In this document: positions 32,935 through 41,579 of the stretch, one piece after another | Layout of the letters: the number at the start of each line of letters is the position of its first letter | Position numbering within the stretch: the stretch's first letter is position 1 | From: Pseudomonadota bacterium | GTDB taxonomy: Bacteria > Pseudomonadota > Alphaproteobacteria > Rhodobacterales > Rhodobacteraceae | Direction of reading: 5' to 3' | DNA length: 64,000 nucleotides | NCBI GenBank assembly: GCA_038749815.1 | Contig: JBCDHQ010000001.1 | Coordinates: 2,925 to 66,924 of the forward strand | Notes under the pieces: model-generated | The model's database searches: none | What the model saw: only the letters and a program-made list of their open reading frames with translations | What the model was told of the DNA's origin: nothing | Translations under genes and position numbers: made by a program

Positions 32935-33639
32935 TCAGTCGGCGAGCCAGTTGAACCAAGGCTCGTGTTGGCCGGCGACAAGGCCGTTGTGGAGGTTGTC
33001 GCCGCAATGGGAGGCGAGGCGGAGCGTGAAGGGCGCGCCGGCGGACTTGCCCGGGATCGGGACCGGAACGGCGCGGGGCGTCTCGCGGGTGAAGGCCGGA
33101 TCGGCGGGGTCGAAGCCCTCGTAGCGCTGGAAGGGATAGGCGCCGCCGATCAGCGGGAAATCGAGCGCCACGGTGACGCTGCCATTCCCGTCAGCATCTG
33201 TCGTGAAGCCGTTGGACGCGGTGGAATTCGGGTTCTTCATGATGTGGATCGCCTCCTCAAGGAGGGTGGTCGGCACCAGCGCAGTCGCGCCGGTCTTAAT
33301 GATCGGGCTGCCACCGAAGCTCTCCCCCGCAGCGTCCTTGCCGGCCAGCATCAGCCAGATGGTAAAGAGCGTGTCGGGCCGGCCGTTCTCCATGCTGACG
33401 GTCACGACCGAAGACGTCGCGTCCTGGCTGACCGTCAGATGGGCGGTCGCCTCGGCCCAGCCGGTGGCGGAGCGGTTGCCGTCCACATGACAGCGGCCGA
33501 TGGCGTCGGTGGCGTGGCGGGTGAAGGCGCCGTCATAGAGGGTCTGCATCCCCGTGGGAGACGAGGCGGAGGCCTCGCCGGCCATCACCAGGGTCAAGGC
33601 AGAGAAGACAGCGCGGGCGGAGTTCGAAAAGAGCGACAT
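32935..33639 (-). CDS. Secreted hypothetical protein with a His/Cys-rich C-terminus
   Basis: Signal peptide (..TLVMAGEASA-S), AGGAG RBS, host-like GC3 codon pattern; no family recognised. Confidence 0.8.
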   Translation of the reverse strand: MSLFSNSARAVFSALTLVMAGEASASSPTGMQTLYDGAFTRHATDAIGRCHVDGNRSATGWAEATAHLTVSQDATSSVVTVSMENGRPDTLFTIWLMLAGKDAAGESFGGSPIIKTGATALVPTTLLEEAIHIMKNPNSTASNGFTTDADGNGSVTVALDFPLIGGAYPFQRYEGFDPADPAFTRETPRAVPVPIPGKSAGAPFTLRLASHCGDNLHNGLVAGQHEPWFNWLAD

Positions 33640-33731
33640 GGGGGTCTCCTGTTTCTGTCGGTTTCGATGCCTGCACTCTCACCCCCCCGCATCAGCTCGC
33701 CGTATCACGGACCGACCCTCGCGCGTTCATT

Positions 33732-33870
33732 CGCCGTGAGATCCGTGAATTCCGCCGTGAGATGCGTGAAGCGATTGTGACTTCGCTCGGGCGGCGGGGG
33801 CGTGAACTCAGGCCCCCGGAGTTCACGGCGGCAGGCGGGGAGCTCACGCCGAGTTTTCTCAAGTTCACTC
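33732..33870. promoter_or_regulatory. Divergent promoter with phased GTGA/TCAC operator arrays around a central palindrome
   Basis: GTGA at 33736, 33745, 33757, 33766 and 33777 (21-bp repeat CGCCGTGAGAT[C/G]CGTGAA twice); CGTGAACTC-N9-GAGTTCACG at 33801-33827; TCAC at 33823, 33844 and 33865 (21-bp period). Confidence 0.72.
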
Positions 33871-33962
33871 ATAGTTTCCAACGGGTTCCGGGTGGAGGAG
33901 ACAGCGCGCTCACGGGGGCCGGGCAAAGTGCTGGCATCGAACGAACCAAAGGAGAAACGTCG

Positions 33963-34313
33963 ATGTCTTATCTGGTCAACAGCAGCTACGGCCCCTCTGA
34001 TCTGGAGCGTGCCACAGTTCCCTTCATCCTCGCCTGCGCAGCGGCCAATCGGGGCGCTGCCCGGGTCTTTCTGACAGGGGATGCGCTGAACCTCGTGGTG
34101 CGTGGCCGCGCCGAGGGGCTGGTGGCCGAGGGGTACACCCCGGTGGCCGATCTGATCGCCGAGTTTGTGGAGAAGGGCGGGATCATCTGGGTCTGCAAAG
34201 TCTGTGCGGCGGTGATGGCCATCGCCCAGGACGACCTCATCGCCGGGGCCGAGATCGGCGGCGCCCCGAGCAGCATGGATTTCCTCGAAGCGGGCGGGAA
34301 GGTCCTGCTCTGA
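33963..34313 (+). CDS. DsrE/DsrF-like family protein (putative sulfur relay/peroxiredoxin-like)
   Basis: ERATVPFILA...VFLTGDA...GGIIWVCKVC...LIAGAEIGG; AAGGAG RBS. Confidence 0.88.
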   Translation: MSYLVNSSYGPSDLERATVPFILACAAANRGAARVFLTGDALNLVVRGRAEGLVAEGYTPVADLIAEFVEKGGIIWVCKVCAAVMAIAQDDLIAGAEIGGAPSSMDFLEAGGKVLL

Positions 34314-34365
34314 GCGCGACACTGCGGCGGCCGATGCCGCCCCGACATCTGAAAGGACCACATTG

Positions 34366-34623
34366 ATGATTGGCTCTCAACTGAACGGCGCCCCGCGTCG
34401 CCCCGGCCTCCTGGCCACCCTCTGGGCCTGGTCGGAGATGCGGCGCCAGCGCCGGCACTTGGCCAGGCTGTCCGCGCATGAGCTCAAGGATATCGGGATC
34501 TCGCGCCTCGAAGCCCATGCCGAAGCCCGCCGCCCGTTCTGGGACACGCGCCCGAGCCAGGGCCTCTACCGCGTCGACCGGCAGGACCTTCCCTTCGGTC
34601 TGCGCTGGATGAGTGCCCAATGA
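34366..34623 (+). CDS. DUF1127 (YjiS-like) small protein with C-terminal extension
   Basis: RRQRRHLARLSAHELKDIGISRLEAHAEARRPFW signature; AAAGGA RBS. Confidence 0.9.
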   Translation: MIGSQLNGAPRRPGLLATLWAWSEMRRQRRHLARLSAHELKDIGISRLEAHAEARRPFWDTRPSQGLYRVDRQDLPFGLRWMSAQ

Positions 34624-34630
34624 GGCAAGA

Positions 34631-34659
34631 GCGGCCCCGCGCCATGCCCGCGGGGCTGC
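34631..34659. terminator. GC-rich hairpin between convergent genes
   Basis: GCGGCCCCGCG-CCATGCC-CGCGGGGCTGC; no clear U-tract. Confidence 0.5.
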
Positions 34660-34661
34660 AC

Positions 34662-36623
34662 TCAGGACAGACCGGCGAGCTTCAGGCCGGAGACATACGT
34701 GTCCACCTGAGCCGGGTTGCGCAGGTAAAAGAGGCGGCTCTCGACGAAATCGCAGGTGATCCCGGGGCGCATGGACTTCAGCCGGCTCAGGGCTGAGCTG
34801 GCTTCGTTGCAGAGCCCTGCATGGGCGAGGGCCGAGGCGCGGATCGCCGTCGGCCAGTAATGGGCATTGGGGGTCGCCTCGGCCTGCGCGGCCCAGGCAT
34901 CCGCCTGCTCATAATCTCCGCGAAAAAGCAGAGCCGTGGCGCCGTAGCTCAGGAACGCCCAGCGGTAGGGGTCGGTCGGCGACACCCGCACCGCCTCCTC
35001 AAAGCAGGTCATGGCTTCGTCAAGCGCGCCCGCATAGGCCATGCTGTCGCCGAGCCCGCAATGGGCCTGAGCCATGTTCGGGTTGAGATCGATCGCGCTC
35101 CGAAGATGGGAGATCGACTGCTCATACTCCCCCCGCGCCAACAGGACCCGGCCCAGCGCGAAGCGCACCACCGCATCATCGGGGTCGAGGCGGGCGGCGG
35201 TCTGCGCCAGCTCCTGAGCCTCGGCAAGCAGCGCGTCCACCGCCTCGGCTTCAAAGTAAATCGTCGAGATCACAATGGCATAGGAGAGCCGAGCGTAGGC
35301 GAGACTGAAATTGGGGTCAAGCTCGATGGCCCGCCGGAAGTGCCGCTGCGCCTCGCAATTGGTGGAGGCGTCGAACTCGTACTGGATCGCGAGGCCCCGG
35401 TGGTAGCAGTCCCAGGCGTTCATTTCGGAGAAGGCAATCGAGCGGCAGTGGCGCCCGACCAACCGCTCCAGCGTCGATTCGAGCGCGCCGACCACGGCGT
35501 CCGAAAGGCTGTCCTGGAGGTCGAACATGTCGTCCGTCTGCCGCTCGAACCGCTCGACCCAAAGGTAGCGGCCGTCGCGCGGGTCGGCCAATTGGATGGT
35601 CAGACGGAACCGGTTGCCCTGGGAGCGGAGCGAGCCATGGATCAGGTAGTCGATCCCTTTCTCGCCGTAGATGGCACTCATCTCCGCGCCGGTGAGGCGG
35701 GCGCCATGGGTGCTGCCGCCGGCCTTGAGGTCGAGCCAGGAGAACCGGGCGAGCTTGGTGGACATGTCCTCCACCAGCCCGTCGACCAGAAACCCGTTAT
35801 CCGCCTCCGAGGCCATCCAGGCGAAGGGCACGATGGCCAGGGACGTCCGCCCCTGCTCCTCAGCGGAGGCGGCGGGCACGGATACCGCGGCGACCGGCCC
35901 CTTCTCACCCTTGATCTGGGCGACGAGGGTCTGGAGCTCGGCACCGACCTCGATTCCAAGCTCCTCCTGCAGCGTGGCCTCGTAGGCCTTGAACGCCTGG
36001 ATCGCTGCCGCCCGGTCGCCCTTCTGCGCCAGAAGGCGCAGGTGGATCATCTGGGCCGCATCGCTCCAGGGGTTCATCTCCGTCACCCGCCGGGCACTGG
36101 CCAGCGCCGCGTCGATATCCCCTTGCCGCAGCGCAACATCGGCGGCGCGCTCAAGCACCTGGGTCGACAGTTCGGTGATCCGCTGCCGTTCCGAGGCGAT
36201 CCAGTCCTCGAACTCCGCCTGCTGGCCATAGAGCCCGTCGAGGAGCGGGCCGCGCAGATAGGACACCGCCTCCAGCATGTCCGCATCCGTCCCGGACGCG
36301 GCGAGGCGGGAGAACTGATCGACATCGATCCGCACGGCATCAGGATTGAACCCGATCCGGTCCTGCTCGGTGATCACCACCTCAGGCCCATCGCTCGGCA
36401 GGATCCGGCGCAGCTTCGCCGCCGCCTGACGCAGACTTTGGCGCGCCTGATCGGTGAAACGGTCGCCCCAGAACAGGTTCACGACGCGGTCCCGCGTGGG
36501 CGGCATCTCCGTGTTCATCGCCAGGAACGCGATCAGCCCTTGCGTCTTTGCCCCCGCGATGGTCAGCGGCCTGCCGGCCCTGTCCAGCACCTCAAACTTC
36601 CCGAAGAGCCGAATGTCGATCAT
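34662..36623 (-). CDS. SARP-type (wHTH + BTAD) regulator fused to TolB-like and TPR domains
   Basis: IRLFG...GLIAFLA...RDRVVNLFWGD...ARQSLRQ, BTAD (YLRGPLLDGL..EFEDW..ER), SLAIVPF...DGLVEDM...YLIHGSLR, and TPRs (AIELDPNF, AIDLNPN). Confidence 0.9.
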   Translation of the reverse strand: MIDIRLFGKFEVLDRAGRPLTIAGAKTQGLIAFLAMNTEMPPTRDRVVNLFWGDRFTDQARQSLRQAAAKLRRILPSDGPEVVITEQDRIGFNPDAVRIDVDQFSRLAASGTDADMLEAVSYLRGPLLDGLYGQQAEFEDWIASERQRITELSTQVLERAADVALRQGDIDAALASARRVTEMNPWSDAAQMIHLRLLAQKGDRAAAIQAFKAYEATLQEELGIEVGAELQTLVAQIKGEKGPVAAVSVPAASAEEQGRTSLAIVPFAWMASEADNGFLVDGLVEDMSTKLARFSWLDLKAGGSTHGARLTGAEMSAIYGEKGIDYLIHGSLRSQGNRFRLTIQLADPRDGRYLWVERFERQTDDMFDLQDSLSDAVVGALESTLERLVGRHCRSIAFSEMNAWDCYHRGLAIQYEFDASTNCEAQRHFRRAIELDPNFSLAYARLSYAIVISTIYFEAEAVDALLAEAQELAQTAARLDPDDAVVRFALGRVLLARGEYEQSISHLRSAIDLNPNMAQAHCGLGDSMAYAGALDEAMTCFEEAVRVSPTDPYRWAFLSYGATALLFRGDYEQADAWAAQAEATPNAHYWPTAIRASALAHAGLCNEASSALSRLKSMRPGITCDFVESRLFYLRNPAQVDTYVSGLKLAGLS

Positions 36624-36675
36624 TAAAATGCCTCCCAGATGTCGAGGCCCGTTTAGCATACCGTCGCATTCGGAA

Positions 36676-36706
36676 CTTGGAGACTGTCTGAAGGAAATCT
36701 GGAGGG
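36676..36706 (-). promoter_or_regulatory. Three TG(G/A)AG direct repeats at 11-bp spacing upstream of the SARP gene
   Basis: TGGAG at 36678, TGAAG at 36689, TGGAG at 36700. Confidence 0.55.
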
Positions 36707-36758
36707 ATCGGGCACGTCACGGGATTGCGAGCGCGAACTGCCCCGGTAACATGATCGT

Positions 36759-38267
36759 GTGGACTACACGTTTGGGACATACACCTTCAGCTTGCGGCGC
36801 TTGCAGCTTCTAAAGGGCGAGGAGGCCGTCCCTTTGGAGCCGCAGGTCTTCGCGATCCTGCGTCTCCTGATCGAGAACCACGAGCGGGTGGTGACGAAGG
36901 ACGAGATCTTCGACATCGTCTGGAAAGACCGCGCGGTCTCGGACGCCGCGCTCAGCAGCGGGATCAAGGTGGCCCGCGCGGCGGTGGGCGATGACGGCGC
37001 CCGGCAGGAGGTGATCCGAACGGTCCACGGCCGGGGCTTTCACTTCGTCGCCGACATCACCATCGCCAGCGCAGAGATACCTTCGGTTCAGCCCCGCGCC
37101 CACACCCGCCCCAGCCTGGCGGTGCTGCCCTTTCAGATGCTGGCGCCCGACGCCGCGCAGCGGGCCTTTGGAGAGGGGCTCGAGCACGACATCACCACCG
37201 CGCTCGGCCGGATCCGGGCGCTTTACCTCGCGGCAAACCACGGGGAGGCCGATCCCCGCCGTGTCGCCGTGGATCTCGGCGTGCGCTACCTGCTGTCGGT
37301 CCGGCTTCGCTTTGCGGGCGATGCGTTTCGCCTCAGCGCCGCCCTCCTCGATGCCGAACATATGGAGGAGGTGTGGGCCGACACCTTCTCCGGCACGATC
37401 GACGACACCTTCCTCGCCCAGGACCGCGTCACCGCGGCCGTCATGGGCGCCCTCGTCCCCACCATCATCGAGGTCGAGATCGGCCGCGCCGCCCGTCAAA
37501 GTGCGGCGCCCCAGACAGCCTATGACGCCTTTCTCCGGGCCATTCCGCTCTGCCTCACCTCGCACCGGGCGCAGAATGCCGAGGCCGTCGCCCATCTCAA
37601 GGCCGCCCTCGACCGGGACACGGACTATGCGCATGCGCACGCCCTCCTCTCCTGGTGCTACGGCCAGCAGCTGACCTATCAGTGGACCGAGGATCCCGCC
37701 GCGGCCCGGGACATGTCGCGCGACCATGCCGCCATCGCGCTCCGCCTGGCCACCTCCGACAGCCTGGTCCTGACATTTGTCGCCAATGCCGAGACCGCGG
37801 CCCGCAACCATGACGCGGCCGAATATCACGTCCGCAAGGCGCTGGAGTTCGAGCCGAGCTCCGCTTGGGCCTGGAGCCGCCTCGGCTACGTCCACCTCTT
37901 CCGGGGCGAATCGGAGCCGGCCTTGGAGGCCTTTGAGCGGGCGCTCTTCCTCAGCCCGCACGATCCGATGCGCCACAGCGTGTTCTTTGGGCTCGGTGCG
38001 ACCCATTTCTGCCGCACGGACTATGCCACGGCCCTGCGCTGGCTCGATCAATCCATGATCGAAAACCCCGACAGGGTCTGGATCCACCGCCTGGTTGCAG
38101 CCTGCGCGGCGGAGATCGGCGATGCCGACCGCGCGCGGGCCTCCGTCGCCATCCTGCGCCAATCTCAGCCCGATGCGACGGCCGAGTCGCTCGCCACAGC
38201 CATCCCGATCACCGATGACGCGTTTCGCGCCCGGCTTCTGTCGTCCTACAAAAAAGCCGGCCTTTAG
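36759..38267 (+). CDS. CadC/OmpR-type winged-helix regulator fused to TolB-like and TPR domains
   Basis: LEPQVFAILRLLIENHERVVTKDEI..VW..RAVSDAALSS..GDDG..VIRTVHGRGFHF, then PSLAVLPF and TPRs. Confidence 0.92.
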   Translation: MDYTFGTYTFSLRRLQLLKGEEAVPLEPQVFAILRLLIENHERVVTKDEIFDIVWKDRAVSDAALSSGIKVARAAVGDDGARQEVIRTVHGRGFHFVADITIASAEIPSVQPRAHTRPSLAVLPFQMLAPDAAQRAFGEGLEHDITTALGRIRALYLAANHGEADPRRVAVDLGVRYLLSVRLRFAGDAFRLSAALLDAEHMEEVWADTFSGTIDDTFLAQDRVTAAVMGALVPTIIEVEIGRAARQSAAPQTAYDAFLRAIPLCLTSHRAQNAEAVAHLKAALDRDTDYAHAHALLSWCYGQQLTYQWTEDPAAARDMSRDHAAIALRLATSDSLVLTFVANAETAARNHDAAEYHVRKALEFEPSSAWAWSRLGYVHLFRGESEPALEAFERALFLSPHDPMRHSVFFGLGATHFCRTDYATALRWLDQSMIENPDRVWIHRLVAACAAEIGDADRARASVAILRQSQPDATAESLATAIPITDDAFRARLLSSYKKAGL

Positions 38268-38271
38268 CGCC

Positions 38272-38336
38272 GAATTCCCGCGAACTCACAGCGGAGTTCA
38301 CAGCCAACTCACGGCGGCTTTCGACGCGTGCGTCAC
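38272..38336 (+). promoter_or_regulatory. Phased (G/A)A(A/G)YTCAC repeat array upstream of the cysteine synthase operon
   Basis: GAATTCCC (TCCC at 38276), GAACTCAC (38286), GAGTTCAC (38298), CAACTCAC (38309); same motif as at 33.8 kb. Confidence 0.65.
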
Positions 38337-38376
38337 ACAGCACCCAGTTCGAAACACACAACTGGAAGCACCCGAC

Positions 38377-38538
38377 ATGACCATCTTCACCCAAACCCAC
38401 CGGTCTCCCGCCGAAACCTTCGGCCCCTACTCGCCTTGGCCCCGCCGGAGCAAGAAACGCGCCGTTCTCTGGGTCGGCAGCGGCGTCGCCGCCTTTGGCG
38501 TCTTCGTCCACTGCGTTCTGCCGATGCTCGTCGCCTGA
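38377..38538 (+). CDS. Putative 53-aa small membrane protein
   Basis: MTIFTQTHRSPAETFGPYSPWPRRSKKR followed by hydrophobic AVLWVGSGVAAFGVFVHCVLPMLVA; fills the gap between the repeat array and the next RBS. Confidence 0.55.
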   Translation: MTIFTQTHRSPAETFGPYSPWPRRSKKRAVLWVGSGVAAFGVFVHCVLPMLVA

Positions 38539-38560
38539 GCTTGCCGAGGAGGATGTCCCG

Positions 38561-40084
38561 ATGACACAATTCGACCGCAGGTTTCAAACACAGGGCCGCG
38601 CGCGCCGCGCGGGATCTGAGATGCTCTACGCTTCGATCCTCGACACGATCGGCAACACGCCGACTGTGCGCATCAACAATCTGGGCCCCGCCCATGTCGA
38701 GCTCTACGCCAAGCTCGAGGCGTTCAATCCGCTCGGCTCGGTCAAGGACCGCTTTGCGCTCGCGGCGATTGAGGCGGCGGAGGCCGAGGGCGCGCTGAAG
38801 CCCGGACAAACCGTGGTCGAGGCGACCTCCGGCAACACCGGCATCGGGCTCGCCATGGTCTGCGCGCAGAAGGGCTATCCGCTGGTCGTCACCATGGCCG
38901 AGAATTTCAGCGTTGAGCGGCGCAAGCTGATGCGGTTTCTCGGCGCCAAGGTCGTTCTGACCCCGGCCTCCGAGAAGGGCTCGGGCATGGTCGCCAAGGC
39001 GGAGGAGCTTGCTGCGGCCCATGGTTGGTTCCTCGCCCGGCAGTTCGAAAACGAGGCCAATGCCGAGATGCATGCCCGCACCACCGCGCCCGAGATCCTG
39101 GAGGCCTTCGGCGAGGACGGGCTCGACATCTTCGTCACGGGCTACGGCACCGGCGGCACGCTCAACGGCGTCTCGCGCGTCTTCAAGGCACGGAGCCCCC
39201 GCACCCGGATCGTTCTGACTGAGCCCGACAACGTCCCCGTTCTCGGCAGCGGCATCGCCCAGCCCCGCGATGAGGCCGGGCGCCCCACGGCCAGCCACCC
39301 GATGTTCCGCCCCCATCTGATGCAGGGCTGGTCGCCGGATTTCATTCCTCACTTGGCGGAGGCGGCCAAGGCCAACATCGACGCGTTCCAGCCCGTTTCG
39401 GGCGCCGATGCCCTGACCGTCGCGCGCGACCTCGCCGCGAAGGAGGGGATCTTCTGCGGCATCAGCGGGGGCGCGACCGTCGCCGCCGCAATCAGCGTCG
39501 CCGAGCAGGCGCCCGAGGGCTCCAAGATCCTCGCCATGATCCCCGACACGGGCGAGCGCTACATCTCCACGGCCCTCTTCGACGAGGTCGCCGAGACCAT
39601 GACCGACGAAGAGATGGAGATCTCGCGCTCCACCGCGGGCTACCGCTTCGATGTCTCGGTCGGGGGCACCGCCGCCGGGCCGGCAGAGGCGCCGAAACCC
39701 CATGCCACCGCCTTTGTCGACGACGTCATCGGCACCGAAAAGGTGGTCATGTTCGCCCTTGAATGGTGCGAGTTCTGCTGGTCCGTCCGCAAGCTCTTTG
39801 CCGCAGCGGGGATCGCGTTTCACTCCGTCGATCTCGACTCGGTCGCATTCCAGAAGGACAATCTCGGCGGCGAGATCCGCGTCGATCTCCGCGCCCGCAC
39901 CGGCGCCCCGACCATCCCGCAGATCTTTGTCGGCGGCACCCATATCGGCGGGGCCACGGACGCCTTCGACCGGTTCAACGATGGCTCGCTGAAGGAGATG
40001 CTGGCCGCCGCAGGCGTGCCCTTCGACCCAACCATGGAGCGTGACGCCTACAGCTTCCTGCCAAGCTGGCTGCACCCGCGATGA
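38561..40084 (+). CDS. cysK: Cysteine synthase (CysK/CysM-like, PLP) fused to a C-terminal glutaredoxin domain
   Basis: KLEAFNPLGSVKDR, EATSGNTGIG and GTGGT motifs; Grx domain VVMFALEWCEFC...TIPQIFVGGTHIGG; GAGGAGG RBS. Confidence 0.88.
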   Translation: MTQFDRRFQTQGRARRAGSEMLYASILDTIGNTPTVRINNLGPAHVELYAKLEAFNPLGSVKDRFALAAIEAAEAEGALKPGQTVVEATSGNTGIGLAMVCAQKGYPLVVTMAENFSVERRKLMRFLGAKVVLTPASEKGSGMVAKAEELAAAHGWFLARQFENEANAEMHARTTAPEILEAFGEDGLDIFVTGYGTGGTLNGVSRVFKARSPRTRIVLTEPDNVPVLGSGIAQPRDEAGRPTASHPMFRPHLMQGWSPDFIPHLAEAAKANIDAFQPVSGADALTVARDLAAKEGIFCGISGGATVAAAISVAEQAPEGSKILAMIPDTGERYISTALFDEVAETMTDEEMEISRSTAGYRFDVSVGGTAAGPAEAPKPHATAFVDDVIGTEKVVMFALEWCEFCWSVRKLFAAAGIAFHSVDLDSVAFQKDNLGGEIRVDLRARTGAPTIPQIFVGGTHIGGATDAFDRFNDGSLKEMLAAAGVPFDPTMERDAYSFLPSWLHPR

Positions 40085-41460
40085 CCCGCATGACATTGGA
40101 TCACTTGGACCTGGCCCCCCTGGCCCGGGCGGCGGACTATGCGGTCACCTATCGCAGCGGCACCCGCCCGCTCCACCCCCGGGCCACGGCGGCGGAGCTT
40201 CGGGACCGGTTCTGCACCGATTTGCCGGAGGGCCCGCGGGACGGAACCGCCGTCTTGGGCGACCTCATCGCAGCGGCGGAGCCCGGGCTCGTCGGCAACA
40301 CCGAAGCCGGGTTCTACGCCTGGGTCATGGGCGGCTCCAGCCCCGTGGGCGTGGCCGCGGACTGGTTGACCGCGGCCTGGGGTCAGAACGCGGCCATCTA
40401 CCAGACCTCCCCCGCCGCCGCGATTGCGGAGGAAGCCGTCTCCGCCTGGCTCCTCGACCTCCTCGACCTGCCCCGGAGCGCCTCGGTCGGCTTTGTCACA
40501 GGCGCCACCATGGCGGCCTTTGTCGGGCTCGCCGCGGCCCGCACGGCGGTGCTCGCCCGCGCGGGTCACGACTTCGAGGCGCTCGGCCTCCAGAACGCGC
40601 CTTTGATCAAGGTCTTTCTGAGCGACGACGCCCATATCTCTAACCACACCGCCCTCCGCCATATCGGCCTGGGGGAGGCCAACACCGTCCGCATCCCCTC
40701 CCACCCGGATGGCACCCTGAGGCTCGACGCGCTCAGCCCCGCGCTCGCCGCCCATGACGGGCCGACAATCATCATCGGGCAGGCGGGCCACATCAACTCC
40801 GGCGCCTTCGAGGATTTCGAGGCCCTGAGCGCCCTCGCCGGACGCCACAACGCCTGGCTCCATGTCGACGGCGCCTTCGGCCTCTGGGCTCGGGTTCTGC
40901 CCGAGAAGTCGGGCACAACCCGGGGTCTGGACCGCGCCGACAGCTGGTCCGTCGACGGGCACAAATGGATGCAGCTGCCCTATGACAGTGGCTTTGCCAT
41001 CGTCCGGGACCCGGCCGCGCATCGCCGCGCCATGGACACCAGTGCGGGCTATCTCAACATCGCCGATGGCGATGGCCGCAACCCGACGCAATTCGGCCCC
41101 GAGCTGTCCCGTCGCGCCCGCGGCTTCGCCGCCTGGGCCGTGTTCCAAACCCTGGGACGCGAGGGCGTTCGGGCGCTCGTCAGCCGCCACTGCCGCGCCG
41201 CACGCCGCATAGCAGACCAGATCTCTCAGATCCCGGGGCTGGAGGTGCTCAATGACGTGACCCTCAACCAAGTGGTCATCGGCGCCGCGGAGAGCGCAAC
41301 GATCCACCGCCTCTCCGACACGCTGAACACCCATCACAGCGTCTTCCTCCGCCCGGCCAAGTGGAAAGGCAAAGACGTCCTCCGCATCTCCGTCATCGGC
41401 CAGGCCACCAAGGACGCCGACGCAGACCGCCTCGCCCAAGCGATCCGCTCGAGCCTATAG
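40081..41460 (+). CDS. Group II PLP-dependent decarboxylase (aromatic-L-amino-acid/glutamate decarboxylase family)
   Basis: GFVTGATMA, WLHVDGAFG, DSWSVDGHKW..PYDSG and PELSRRARG motifs; start overlaps the upstream stop (ATGA). Confidence 0.92.
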   Translation: MTRMTLDHLDLAPLARAADYAVTYRSGTRPLHPRATAAELRDRFCTDLPEGPRDGTAVLGDLIAAAEPGLVGNTEAGFYAWVMGGSSPVGVAADWLTAAWGQNAAIYQTSPAAAIAEEAVSAWLLDLLDLPRSASVGFVTGATMAAFVGLAAARTAVLARAGHDFEALGLQNAPLIKVFLSDDAHISNHTALRHIGLGEANTVRIPSHPDGTLRLDALSPALAAHDGPTIIIGQAGHINSGAFEDFEALSALAGRHNAWLHVDGAFGLWARVLPEKSGTTRGLDRADSWSVDGHKWMQLPYDSGFAIVRDPAAHRRAMDTSAGYLNIADGDGRNPTQFGPELSRRARGFAAWAVFQTLGREGVRALVSRHCRAARRIADQISQIPGLEVLNDVTLNQVVIGAAESATIHRLSDTLNTHHSVFLRPAKWKGKDVLRISVIGQATKDADADRLAQAIRSSL

Positions 41461-41579
41461 GTCCGTCAGTCGAAAATGCGCTGACCCCTACCCCGCCACA
41501 GCATCGAAGTGCAAAGGGCAGGACGCTTGACGGGTGGGGGTGTCCGAGGCGTCGAGCTGCAGTGCCGGAGGACCCCGAC

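Noticed and set aside
33732-33870. Possible CRISPR array or iteron origin
   Set aside because: Repeats are short and degenerate with no unique spacers, and there is no cas or rep gene; better explained as operators
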